NCBI GenBank assembly: GCA_040388985.1 | Contig: JAZKAU010000003.1 | Coordinates: 24,557-88,556, forward strand | DNA: 64,000 bases | Direction of reading: 5' to 3' | Source: Patescibacteria group bacterium | GTDB taxonomy: Bacteria; Patescibacteriota; Minisyncoccia; Phycocordibacterales; Phycocordibacteraceae | Part shown: positions 44,513 to 53,804 of the stretch, one piece after another | Numbering within the stretch: position 1 is the first letter of the stretch | Layout of the letters: every line of letters begins with the position of its first letter | The notes under the pieces: model-generated | What the model saw: only the letters and a program-made list of their open reading frames with translations | Database searches by the model: none | Told to the model about the DNA's origin: nothing | Made by a program: the position numbers and the translations under genes

Positions 44513-45166
44513 CTACTGCTTCCCTTTCTTCCACTTCTCTATCTCGGCGTGGTTGCCGGTGGCGAGGACTTTAGGGATCGGGTACTTCTTCTTTTCCCAC
44601 TCGATCGTGTCCGGGCGGGTATAGACTTCGCGCGCCGCGGTGCGGCGCTCTTCGATGGATTCGTCCTTGCCGAGGACTCCCGGCAATCGGCGCGTGACGG
44701 CGTCGACTATCGCCATCGCAGGTACTTCCCCACCCGTGTAGGTGGCAGCGCCCACGGCATATTTCTTCACGGTACCAAATGTCTTCATGATTTTGAGCGC
44801 TCTGTCGTCGATGCCTTCGTAGCGCCCGCAGACGAGCACGACGTCATCGAACTTCGCGAGCGCGTCCGCTTCCTTGTTTGTGAATTCTTTTCCGCCGGGT
44901 ACGAACCAAACGAGGGCGATCTTTCCTTTGCGGCGCGTGAGCGACTTCTTGATAGCTTTGACGACCGGAAGCGCCGTCATGACCATGCCCGGGCCTCCGC
45001 CGTACGGTCGCTCGTCTACTTTCCCCCATCTGTTGGTGACGTAGTCGCGCGGATTCTGATAATCCACGAGTATCTTCTTATCTTTCCGTGCGCGGCCCAG
45101 TATCGACGCGGATAGATACGCGTCGCAAGCTTCCGGAAAGAGGGTTACAAGATGGAATCGCAGCAT
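44513..45166 (-). CDS. trmD: tRNA (guanine37-N1)-methyltransferase
   Basis: MLRFHLVTLFPE and DERPYGGGPGMVM (the trefoil-knot SPOUT fold). Confidence 0.9.
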   Translation of the reverse strand: MLRFHLVTLFPEACDAYLSASILGRARKDKKILVDYQNPRDYVTNRWGKVDERPYGGGPGMVMTALPVVKAIKKSLTRRKGKIALVWFVPGGKEFTNKEADALAKFDDVVLVCGRYEGIDDRALKIMKTFGTVKKYAVGAATYTGGEVPAMAIVDAVTRRLPGVLGKDESIEERRTAAREVYTRPDTIEWEKKKYPIPKVLATGNHAEIEKWKKGKQ

Positions 45167-45230
45167 GGAAGAGATTAAGAAGATACTTTGGCGTTAAGAA
45201 AAAGGCCTCGCCTGCGGCGAGGCCTTTTTC

Positions 45231-45533
45231 TTAACTTAAATCATTTAATACTTCGTCGAGCGGCTTATCGCTTTCCATGCGCTTGCCGCCGAGAGGCTCG
45301 TTGATCTTCAGGTTCACGCGCGCATTGTGCTTCATGCCGACGACGCGCAGAAGGGTGCGAAGCGCCTTGGCGATGTTGCCATCGCGGCCGATTATTTTTC
45401 CCATATCTTCGGGAGCGACTGAGAGCGTGAGGAGTACGCCCATCTCGTCTACTGAGCGTACGACGACGACCGCATCTGTCTTATCGACGAGCGCTTTTAC
45501 GACGTATTCGAGAAATTCGTGATCGGATTCCAT
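45231..45533 (-). CDS. KH-domain RNA-binding protein (YlqC/UPF0109)
   Basis: GKIIGRDGNIAKALRTLL, a KH GxxG motif. It sits between rpsP and trmD. Confidence 0.75.
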   Translation of the reverse strand: MESDHEFLEYVVKALVDKTDAVVVVRSVDEMGVLLTLSVAPEDMGKIIGRDGNIAKALRTLLRVVGMKHNARVNLKINEPLGGKRMESDKPLDEVLNDLS

Positions 45534-45613
45534 ATCGTTTCAGAGTGAAGGTTTAACGGAGTAAGGGAGTCGCACGGGGCCGCGCGGAGCGCGGCGGAAA
45601 CTGAAAAGAGCGG

Positions 45614-46153
45614 CTAGGCTGCAGGTTCCTCGGGAGCAGCGTCTGCAGCAGGTGCGTCAGTCGTCTCTTCGGGTGCAGGTGCTTCCTCAGCAGGTGCAGC
45701 TTCTTCTGCAGCGGGGGTCTCTTCGGTAGGAGCCTCGGTCGGTGCTTCTGCTTGTGCGGCGACCTCCTCAGCAGGAGCGGCTTCTGCGGCTGCCTTCGCA
45801 TCTTCAGCGGCCTTGGCATCAGCCTCTGCCTTTGCAGCCGCTGCTTCCTCTTCAGCCTTCTTTTTCGCGACGTTCTTCTCGAGGTTCTTCTTCGATACGA
45901 CAGCGACCTTCGAACCCTCCATGACGCCCTGGGACACGAGGAGGTTCATGACCGACGGAGAGACTTGCGCGCCCTTGGCCATCCAGGCCTTTATGGCATC
46001 ACCCTTCACGTTCACGTCTTTGGTCTTCGGGTTATAGGTGCCGACCAATTCGACGTACTTGCCAGCCTTGGGACCACTGGATTTCTCGAGCACGGCAATG
46101 CGAAAAGCCGGGTCATTCCGGCGTCCGATGCGCTGAAAACGAATCATCAACAT
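45614..46153 (-). CDS. rpsP: Ribosomal protein S16 with an approximately 100-aa Ala/Glu/Pro-rich C-terminal extension
   Basis: MLMIRFQRIGRRNDPAFRIAVLEK... is a canonical S16 N-terminus, followed by a KAEADAKAAEDAKAAAEAAPAEE... tail. The start is placed at the S16-like Met. The start coordinate may be off by 1 nt, because the printed bases here disagree with the ORF track by one position. Confidence 0.8.
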   Translation of the reverse strand: MLMIRFQRIGRRNDPAFRIAVLEKSSGPKAGKYVELVGTYNPKTKDVNVKGDAIKAWMAKGAQVSPSVMNLLVSQGVMEGSKVAVVSKKNLEKNVAKKKAEEEAAAAKAEADAKAAEDAKAAAEAAPAEEVAAQAEAPTEAPTEETPAAEEAAPAEEAPAPEETTDAPAADAAPEEPAA

Positions 46154-46427
46154 AGTGAGAGGAAATGTACCAGAAAAGCCATATTCGGGCAAGCATAGGG
46201 CAGGACGGTTCTCCTGGCAGAGTGTCGGGAGGGACTATTGTCGGGATCAAAGAGAAAAGACGGCGACCACAAGGATCGCCGCCTCTTTAAATCAGACTCC
46301 TGTCGGGGAGATCCGATACTTCCGTTGTATGGATTGAATATGGAGCCTGTGACGCCATAGTACCGACGGAGGGTTCCGCCAGCCCCGTCCTTATACCATT
46401 CATGAGTAATCTGGTACAGTTGGCTAC

Positions 46428-48404
46428 ATGACACAAGCTCCAGACGGGACCTTCGAAGGTCCGATCACGGTCACCCGCACAGGCAAGGGGTTCTTTACGT
46501 ACGACCCTGAAAAGGACGATCTGTTCATCCCTGACGAGAATCTTGGAAATGCCTTCCCGGGAGATATCGTACGCGTATCGCTCGCAGGCACGCAGACAGA
46601 CCCGCGAAGCGGTGAGATGCGTTCTATCGGAAAAGTGGAGAGTATCGTACGCCGTAACCGCACGACCTTCGTAGGCAAGCTCGTATCAGGTAAGGACATA
46701 AATCAGAATCCGGCTGATACGTATCTGATGCCGGACTGGAAGAAGATGTATACGCCGTTCCTGGTCCGCGGCGAATCGCTTCCCCTTGGACAGAAGGTGT
46801 TAGTGCGCTTTACGGATTGGCTACCCGGCGCTCCGTTCCCGGAATCGACTCTTGAGGAGATTATCGGCCCGGCTGGCGTGCACGAGACGGAGATGCGCGC
46901 TTTGGCGCTTGGCAGTGGCTTTCGCAGCGACTTCCCTCCCGGCGTCATCCATGAAGCAGAAGAGCTCGAGAAGACCGGCGAAGCGAAGCTTGCCGGCGAA
47001 GCTGCGGAGGCTGTCGCTGCTGGCCGCCGTCGCGACTTCCGCGGCGTACCGACCTTTACTATCGACCCGTACGACGCCAAGGACTTCGATGACGCGCTTT
47101 CCGTACAGATACTTCCGAACGGAAACACCGAAGTGGGTATCCACATCGCCGACGTCTCCTTCTATGTCCGACCGGGCAGTGCTATCGATGACGAAGCGCG
47201 CAATCGCGCAACGAGCGTATACCTCGTCGATCGCACCATCCCCATGCTTCCAGAAATCCTCTCGAACGGCCTCTGTTCGCTGAACCCCAACGAAGACCGT
47301 CTCGCCGTCTCAGCGGTCTTCGAGCTCGATAGCAATGCGGGCATTATTTCTAAATGGTTCGGTCCGACCGTCATACACTCTGACCAGCGCTTCACGTATG
47401 AGAACGCGCAGGAAGTGCTCGATACAGGAAACGGTCCTATGGCCACCGAGCTCGCCTCCCTCAAGACGCTCGGCGAGAAGCTGCGCACGCGCCGCGCCGC
47501 AAACGGCACCATCGCCTTCGACACGCCGGAAGTGAAAGTGAGACTAAATGAGGAAGGCAAGCCTATCGCGGTCGAGGTAAAGGAGCGCCTCGAGACGAGC
47601 ATGCTCATCGAGAACTTCATGCTGCTCGCTAACGAGAACGTCGCGGAATTCCTAAGCGCACAGATGAAAGGAGCGCACATGACCGGCGGCACCATATTCC
47701 GCGTGCACGACGTGCCGGACGCCGACCGCATAGCGAATCTCTCAGAGTTCCTGAAGGTCCTCGGCTATCACCTGGAAACCGGCGGAGGCAAGGTGAAAGG
47801 TACGGATCTGAATGCGCTCTTGGCTTCCGTCAAAGGAAAGCCGGAAGAATATCTCATCAAGATGGCGGCGCTGCGCTCCATGTCCAAGGCCATCTACTCG
47901 ACCAAGAACATCGGCCACTACGGCCTCGCCTTCGAGTTCTACACGACCTTCACCTCCCCTATCCGTCGGTATCCCGACGTCTTAGGTCATCGGCTCGTCA
48001 AGCATTTCACCGTGAACGGCCCGTTCACGAAGCAAGAACTGTCTGAGATAGACGCGCTTGCGCTCCATTCGAGCGAGCGCGAAGTCGCGGCAACCGAAGC
48101 GGAACGCGACTCCATAAAGATGAAGCAGGTGGAGTTCCTCGAGAGCCGCGTGGGTGAGGAATTCGATGCCGTCATCTCGGGCGTCTCAAACAGTGGGCTC
48201 TACGTCGAGCTCAAGGAGACCCGCGCCGAAGGTATGGTGCGCATGCGCGACATCGGCAACGACTACTTCACGTACGACGAGAAGCGGTATCGCCTGGTCG
48301 GAGAACGGACTAAGAAGCAGTATGCGCTCGGCGACCCGGTCAAGGTGCGCCTGGTGGCCGCGCGCATCGCTGAGAAGGAGCTTGATTTCGCGCTCGTCGC
48401 GTAG
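46428..48404 (+). CDS. rnr: Ribonuclease R / RNase II family exoribonuclease
   Basis: The RNB domain contains FTIDPYDAKDFDDALSV, there are N-terminal OB folds, and there is a C-terminal S1 domain. Confidence 0.9.
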   Translation: MTQAPDGTFEGPITVTRTGKGFFTYDPEKDDLFIPDENLGNAFPGDIVRVSLAGTQTDPRSGEMRSIGKVESIVRRNRTTFVGKLVSGKDINQNPADTYLMPDWKKMYTPFLVRGESLPLGQKVLVRFTDWLPGAPFPESTLEEIIGPAGVHETEMRALALGSGFRSDFPPGVIHEAEELEKTGEAKLAGEAAEAVAAGRRRDFRGVPTFTIDPYDAKDFDDALSVQILPNGNTEVGIHIADVSFYVRPGSAIDDEARNRATSVYLVDRTIPMLPEILSNGLCSLNPNEDRLAVSAVFELDSNAGIISKWFGPTVIHSDQRFTYENAQEVLDTGNGPMATELASLKTLGEKLRTRRAANGTIAFDTPEVKVRLNEEGKPIAVEVKERLETSMLIENFMLLANENVAEFLSAQMKGAHMTGGTIFRVHDVPDADRIANLSEFLKVLGYHLETGGGKVKGTDLNALLASVKGKPEEYLIKMAALRSMSKAIYSTKNIGHYGLAFEFYTTFTSPIRRYPDVLGHRLVKHFTVNGPFTKQELSEIDALALHSSEREVAATEAERDSIKMKQVEFLESRVGEEFDAVISGVSNSGLYVELKETRAEGMVRMRDIGNDYFTYDEKRYRLVGERTKKQYALGDPVKVRLVAARIAEKELDFALVA

Positions 48405-48495
48405 GCGCTTCTGCCAGAGGAGTATGTCTGGGACATTCATGCGGTCTTCATGACATTGCGCATAAGATGAAAGCGTATTCATAACGCACGAATAT

Positions 48496-48627
48496 ATGGC
48501 TGAAGATATTGATACGGAAGATCAGGGAACGCCGCCTGAGCTGCCTCAAGAAGAGGGACAGGTGGCCAAGGAGGGGCTAGCGGAAGATGATGAGGAGAAT
48601 GAGGATAAGGATGATGAGGAGAAGTAA
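48496..48627 (+). CDS. Candidate small acidic protein (43 aa)
   Basis: MAEDIDTEDQGTPPELPQEEGQVAKEGLAEDDEENEDKDDEEK. It has no clear SD sequence and is followed by a strong terminator. Confidence 0.2.
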   Translation: MAEDIDTEDQGTPPELPQEEGQVAKEGLAEDDEENEDKDDEEK

Positions 48628-48642
48628 TCTGGACTGATAGAT

Positions 48643-48682
48643 AAAATAGATACGCCGCGCGGAAGCGCGGCGTATCTATTTT
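48643..48682. terminator. Bidirectional terminator between rnr and smc
   Basis: aaatagatacgccgcgcggaagcgcggcgtatctatttt. Confidence 0.75.
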
Positions 48683-50931
48683 GCGACTTGTACGGCTTCG
48701 TCGAACTTTATAGAAAGGAGCTTGCTAATGCCATCGCCGCCCATAGTGACGCCGTAGAGGATACCCGCGCGACTCATGGTCTCGCGATTATGGGAGATGA
48801 CGATGAGCTGGGACTTCTTCGCTAGCTCTTCGATCATGTCGCCATAGCGACGGGAGTTGGCCTCGTCGAGCGCAGCGTCGGTTTCGTCGAGTATGAGGAA
48901 CGGCGGCGGATTCACCTGGCTCATGGCGAAGATGAGCGCGATGGAGGTCAACGCGCGCTCGCCGCCTGAGAGCTGCATCAAGGACTGCACGCGCTTCTTG
49001 GGCAGTGCCACCGATATCTCGATACCTGCCTTGCCTGGCTTGCGGATACGGCTCTCCTCGTATGAATCTTCGTCATCTTCGTCCTCATTCTCCTCGATAT
49101 CCTCGTCCGCGCGTCCAGCAGTCGGCAGGTCCTCCAGCACGAGCTTCGCATTCCCTCCCCCGAACATGAGGCTGAAGAATTCGCTGAATGATACATTCAC
49201 CTTCGTCAGGCCTTCGGTGAATGTCTTGTTGAGTTCCGTATCAAGATCGGTGATAAGCTCGCGCAGGCCGGTCGACGACTTCGTAAGGTCCTCGAGTTCG
49301 CGGGCGAGGAATTCCTCGCGGGCGACCGCCTCGTCGTATTCCTTCTGCACGTCTTCCCCGCCCCCGCCCGCCTCCTCGACCCGTATCTTGAGGCGCTCGA
49401 GTCCTCGTTTGCGGTCTTCCTGGAGACTGCGGTCCTCGGTCGGGAGCGCAGTCAGAGGCGCGTACGACAGAGCGCTCGCGCCAGCGAGCGCGAGCGCTTC
49501 GGCGCGTTCGCGCTCAAGCGACTGGCCGGCATTCTCGAGTTCGCGGAGCCTGGCGTCTAGCCGCACGACGGCCGCTTCAGCGGCAGCCTTGGACTCTGCG
49601 AGTCCAAGCACCCGGTGCCGCTCTTCGCGGCCGGTCTCGTCATAGGCCATGCGCGCTTCGCGCGCGCGAAGCAGTGCCTCGCGATTCTCGTCTATATCGC
49701 GGGCGAGCTGCGCTTCCTTCTCGAGGAAGCTTGCGCGCTCGTTCTCGAGCGTGTGCACGAGCTGTTCCTCGTCTGCGAGATAGTCGTCGTTCGGCGTGCC
49801 GAATCGCTCGAAGAAGGCGACCACGACGCTCTTGAGCGACTCTAGGGCGGCGCGCAGCGCCGCCGGTTCTGATTCTTCTGACCGTGCCGCTTCGCGCTCT
49901 ACTTCCGCGCGCAGCGTATCGAGATCCTCACGCGGAATCTTCACGTATGGGTCATGCGCGACCGCGACGCTGCGCTTCTTCGCCCCTTCGAGCGCGCCTT
50001 CCACGCGCCCGAGCTCGCGCGCGAGCGTACCGCGCTCCTGACCGAGCCTGTCGAGCGTGCGCTCGATCGTCCGTATACGCTCAGCATGCTTGGCACCCTC
50101 CACATCGCTCGTCGCGCGCTCGTCGAAGGCGGCAAGTTCGCGTGCGGCTGCGGCCAAGCGCTCGTTCGCCCCGGCACGCTCGCTGGTCGCCTTCTTCGTT
50201 TCCGTATCGATATAGAATTCCTCGATGGCAAAATAGGTTCTGCACACCTCTGCCAATTCCTGTGCAAGAGATGCCGCGCGTTCGATGCGTTCGACCTGCT
50301 TCTTGAGGAATCGGATATGAGGCGCAATCTCGCGGCGCAGACTTTCCACCTCGCGCATGTTGCTGTCCGTCTTCTCGAGCTTACGCTCGGCTTCTTGCTT
50401 CTTGAATTCGAAGGATTTGAGGCCGAGCGCGTCCTCAAGCATAGCGCGGCGCTCGCGCGGATGCGCAAGCAGGATGCGGTCGGCTTCGCCTTGGGAGATG
50501 ATGTGGTGTCCTGTCTCGCCGATGTTGGCGGACGAAAGAAGTTCCTGCACGTCGCGCAGGCGGACTTTTGAGCCATTCACGAGATATTCGCTTGCGCCGT
50601 CGCGGAAGACCGCGCGCTCGATGGATACTTCGTCGAAGTCGAGCTTCGGGAAGATTCGCGCTCCTCCTCGCGGCTGATTATCGAAGACGATGGCCACTGC
50701 CGCGCGTGAAGCTCGCGGATTCGTATTAGACCCGCTCCAGATAAGGTCCTCGCTGCGCTTCCCGCGCATGCTCTTCATGGATTGCTCGCCGAGCGCGAAG
50801 CGGAAGGCTTCGGCGACATTGCTCTTTCCGGAGCCATTGGGCCCCACTATCGCGGTGGTCGCATTACTGAAGTCGAGCACGGTCTTACGCGCGAATGACT
50901 TGAATCCCACTATCTCGAGCCGTTTCAACAT
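48676..50931 (-). CDS. smc: Short SMC-family chromosome segregation ATPase
   Basis: N-terminal Walker A GPNGSGKSN, a long coiled-coil and a C-terminal signature LSGGERALTSIALIFA...LILDETDAALD. The start is at internal MLKRLEIVGFKSF. The protein is only about 752 aa and no hinge motif was recognised. Confidence 0.75.
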   Translation of the reverse strand: MLKRLEIVGFKSFARKTVLDFSNATTAIVGPNGSGKSNVAEAFRFALGEQSMKSMRGKRSEDLIWSGSNTNPRASRAAVAIVFDNQPRGGARIFPKLDFDEVSIERAVFRDGASEYLVNGSKVRLRDVQELLSSANIGETGHHIISQGEADRILLAHPRERRAMLEDALGLKSFEFKKQEAERKLEKTDSNMREVESLRREIAPHIRFLKKQVERIERAASLAQELAEVCRTYFAIEEFYIDTETKKATSERAGANERLAAAARELAAFDERATSDVEGAKHAERIRTIERTLDRLGQERGTLARELGRVEGALEGAKKRSVAVAHDPYVKIPREDLDTLRAEVEREAARSEESEPAALRAALESLKSVVVAFFERFGTPNDDYLADEEQLVHTLENERASFLEKEAQLARDIDENREALLRAREARMAYDETGREERHRVLGLAESKAAAEAAVVRLDARLRELENAGQSLERERAEALALAGASALSYAPLTALPTEDRSLQEDRKRGLERLKIRVEEAGGGGEDVQKEYDEAVAREEFLARELEDLTKSSTGLRELITDLDTELNKTFTEGLTKVNVSFSEFFSLMFGGGNAKLVLEDLPTAGRADEDIEENEDEDDEDSYEESRIRKPGKAGIEISVALPKKRVQSLMQLSGGERALTSIALIFAMSQVNPPPFLILDETDAALDEANSRRYGDMIEELAKKSQLIVISHNRETMSRAGILYGVTMGGDGISKLLSIKFDEAVQVAK

Positions 50932-50974
50932 TGCTCTCAGTATAGCGTACGAGAAACGCTCAGCGCGCGAGTTT

Positions 50975-51661
50975 TTACCACCCGGTCTTCTGAAGCGCGT
51001 TCTGCGCAGCTGCCTGTTCTGCTTCTTGTTTAGATTGACCCTCGCCGGTCGCAATCTGTTCCTTACCGAGGAAGACGCCTACCGTGAAGCGCTTATCGTG
51101 ATCCGGGCCTTTCTCCTGCATGGTCGTGTAGGTGGGAGTGGTACCGCGCTTGTCCTGAGCAAGCTCCTGGAACTTGCTCTTGGCGTCCTGCCAGCTTCTC
51201 TGCTGGACGACGGTGTCGATCTTCCCGTAGAGATGCTGCGCAAGGAAGGCTTCGGCAGCGTCGTATCCCTGATCGAGATAGAGAGCGCCGAGAAGCGCCT
51301 CGAAGGCGTTCGCAAGGATGATCTGGCGCGCGCGGCCGGTATCCTTTGACTCGCCTTTTGAGAGCAGCAGCATGGAGTTGAGTCCGAGCACCTCGGCAGT
51401 ATCGGCGAGCGAATAGGTATTCACGAGCGCGGCGCGGAAAGCCGTGAGCTCTCCCTCTGGCTTGTTCGGATATTTATCAAAAAGGAAGCGCGTGACCGCA
51501 AGCTCAAGCACGGCATCGCCGAGAAACTCAAGACGTTCGTTATGCGCCTTCGAACTCTTGTTCTCGTTCAGATACGAACGATGCGTCAGCGCCTCTTCCA
51601 GGAGCGCCATATTCTTGAACGTGAGGCCGAGCGTGCGCGCGTGCGTATGAAAGTCGGTCAT
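50975..51661 (-). CDS. rnc: Ribonuclease III
   Basis: Signature ERLEFLGDAVLE and a C-terminal dsRBD. It sits upstream of smc. Confidence 0.9.
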   Translation of the reverse strand: MTDFHTHARTLGLTFKNMALLEEALTHRSYLNENKSSKAHNERLEFLGDAVLELAVTRFLFDKYPNKPEGELTAFRAALVNTYSLADTAEVLGLNSMLLLSKGESKDTGRARQIILANAFEALLGALYLDQGYDAAEAFLAQHLYGKIDTVVQQRSWQDAKSKFQELAQDKRGTTPTYTTMQEKGPDHDKRFTVGVFLGKEQIATGEGQSKQEAEQAAAQNALQKTGW

Positions 51662-51746
51662 AGATACGTATATGGTAGCAGAACTACCGTACTAAAAGGA
51701 AGCGCCCGGAGGAGCAGGAGATGTTCTCCAGGGCTCCTTCGGGCGT

Positions 51747-52013
51747 TCATGCGCTCATGGTGTAGCCTTCGCCGACCAGAACGTCGGGAGTCAACGCGTC
51801 TTCCGATGACGCCGGCTCCTGATGCTGCGTCCTCCGCATATGGTCCAGAACGGCCAGGATGCCGGCACCCATGAAGAAGACGAGGGATATCGACACCGTA
51901 GTGGCGGCGTTGACCAGATTCTCGTGCGGGTAACTGCCGGCCAGCGCGAGGCCGCCTGCAACACCGACGAGCAAGACGCCAATTGACAAAGAGATCAATG
52001 AGGAATACTTCAT
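51747..52013 (-). CDS. Hypothetical small membrane protein
   Basis: 88 aa with 2 TM helices. Confidence 0.35.
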   Translation of the reverse strand: MKYSSLISLSIGVLLVGVAGGLALAGSYPHENLVNAATTVSISLVFFMGAGILAVLDHMRRTQHQEPASSEDALTPDVLVGEGYTMSA

Positions 52014-52084
52014 CGCCTAATCCTCCGAGGACAACTAGAAAATCTATACCATGTTTATCCGGTACGGCAAAATGTTTGATTGAT

Positions 52085-52117
52085 GTTCCCTGTCTAGGTG
52101 ACACCTAGACAGGGAAC
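52085..52117. promoter_or_regulatory. Perfect 33-nt palindrome (16-bp arms)
   Basis: gttccctgtctaggtgacacctagacagggaac lies in the 5' region of the 51747..52013 gene. It may be an operator or a hairpin. Confidence 0.4.
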
Positions 52118-52176
52118 GAAAAAGGGCCGCCCGAAGACGACCCCTTTTGCGAGTACCTGCAAGCGGTACTCGTCGG

Positions 52177-52539
52177 CTACGCAGCAGCCTTGAGGCTCTC
52201 CAGGAACTCCTCGATGGGCGGTGGCGTGGGAACCGTGCTCGCGCTGAAGTCGATGGCGTTCTTCCTAAGCAACGCCATCATCCAATCAGCTACGCGGGTA
52301 GCCCAGATGTGATTGCCCTTGATGAACATGGGGTATCGACTGGCCGGAGCACGGTCGAGCTCCGTCAGCTCCATGGCAGTCATCTTGTCGGGCCGTTCCG
52401 GCAACTCCTTGATCGAGTATCCGCCGCTCCCCATAGGACCGAATGTGTTGTCGGCATTCTTGATGAGGAGCACGAGGCTATCCTCGATGTCGGTCTCGTT
52501 GTCCGTGCCAACAAGAATCAATGTACAAGGCTTCGTCAC
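52177..52539 (-). CDS. Hypothetical protein
   Basis: 120 aa ORF, followed by the hairpin cgagtacctgcaagcggtactcg immediately downstream. Confidence 0.4.
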   Translation of the reverse strand: MTKPCTLILVGTDNETDIEDSLVLLIKNADNTFGPMGSGGYSIKELPERPDKMTAMELTELDRAPASRYPMFIKGNHIWATRVADWMMALLRKNAIDFSASTVPTPPPIEEFLESLKAAA

Positions 52540-52652
52540 CGCTTTCCTCCCTACTTATGATCAGGTTCGGCATCAGCTATCTGATGCCTTCGCTTAGCTT
52601 TTTACGCGCGTAATGACAGACTGTCAACGCAGGATTCTTAAGGCGCGATGTA

Positions 52653-53579
52653 TTAAAAACGAGCTTCGAGGGGCTGCGTCGCTCCTGCGCGCGCCTTATC
52701 GAGGAGCTTCTGCACGGCGCTGGTCACGATAGGCAGCATATCGTCATAGAAATTGAGCTCGAGGATGTCGGGCAAGCGGAACCATTTCGCGTCGTCGAGT
52801 CCCCCGCTCTTCTTGAGCGTGATGGTCTCGAACTCCGCATGTACGAGGAAGAACCAGACATGCTTGCGGACCTTTCCCTTCTCGGGATGCGATGCGACGT
52901 ATTCGTTCTCGCCGACCATCTCTTCTACCTTGCCTATAAGCCCGAGCTCTTCCTGCACGACGCGCGCGACGCCTTCCTCAGGCGAAGGGTCGGTCTCGAT
53001 ATGGCCTTTAGAGAGCGTCCAGCGGCCGAAGACGTCGTGCACGAGAGCAAGATAGTATTGGCCCTGGTGTTCAGCGTAGACGATGGCGCCGCCTAATTTC
53101 TCGAGTGGCAGATCCTCGCGCTTCACGCGCTCCTTCTTCCCGACCTCGTCCTTGCCGGGCTCGCCCATCTCCTTATAGACGGCTCCGAGGACACCGTTGA
53201 CGAAGCGGCCACTCGAGTCGCCGCCGAAGATCTTGGCAAGCTCGATGGCTTCGTTTATGGCGACTTTCGCAGGAACCTGGGTGCGGTCAGCGAACAATAA
53301 TTCAAAAAGCCCGATGCGCAGAATGTTGCGATCAACCGGCGCGATCTTATCGAGCGGCCAGTCAGGGGCGGCTTTCGTGATGACGAGGTCTAGGTCAGGA
53401 CGCTTAGCGAGTACGCCCGTAATGAGAGCTTCCATGAAGGCCTTGTCCGAATCTTCCCCGCCGAACTCCGCGATATTGCGGGCGAGCATATCGGGCACCG
53501 CCGATTCTTCACTAGCTGAAGTATCCCACTCGAAGAGCGTCTGGAGGACTACGGAACGTGCAAGGTGGCGGTTGGCCAT
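52653..53579 (-). CDS. nusB: NusB transcription antitermination factor fused to a C-terminal NUDIX hydrolase domain
   Basis: The N-terminal 140 aa are NusB-like (ARSVVLQTLFEW, FVNGVLGAV). The C-terminus has a Nudix-box-like stretch KGHIETDPSPEEGVARVVQEELGL that aligns to GX5EX7REUXEEXGU but carries RV in place of RE. Confidence 0.8.
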   Translation of the reverse strand: MANRHLARSVVLQTLFEWDTSASEESAVPDMLARNIAEFGGEDSDKAFMEALITGVLAKRPDLDLVITKAAPDWPLDKIAPVDRNILRIGLFELLFADRTQVPAKVAINEAIELAKIFGGDSSGRFVNGVLGAVYKEMGEPGKDEVGKKERVKREDLPLEKLGGAIVYAEHQGQYYLALVHDVFGRWTLSKGHIETDPSPEEGVARVVQEELGLIGKVEEMVGENEYVASHPEKGKVRKHVWFFLVHAEFETITLKKSGGLDDAKWFRLPDILELNFYDDMLPIVTSAVQKLLDKARAGATQPLEARF

Positions 53580-53640
53580 ATGAAAGAGCTGGTATAGCTA
53601 GAGTAGCAGTAAAGGCGAGAAAGGTGCAACCGACCACACG

Positions 53641-53753
53641 TGTGCATAACGAGTCGCTCGGACCTAAGAATAAAAGCGCCGTTCCGCATAGGAATGCTGC
53701 ACTTGGCAATCCTGAACCGCTTTTATTCTCAAGCCCTCGCTCCCGACGGGTGA
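53641..53753. repeat. Copy 2 of the approximately 110-nt palindromic repeat element, in inverted orientation
   Basis: Its reverse complement aligns to 36318..36425 with a variable central approximately 15 nt. Confidence 0.7.
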
Positions 53754-53804
53754 GAGGTTAGCGTGTTTATGTAGTGTTTAGGTGACGATATAGATTCTGA
53801 GACC

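Noticed and set aside
48857-50576. 262-, 211- and 205-aa ORFs
   Set aside because: They are antisense to, or out of frame with, smc. They are Ser/Arg-rich low-complexity products of the coiled-coil coding region.
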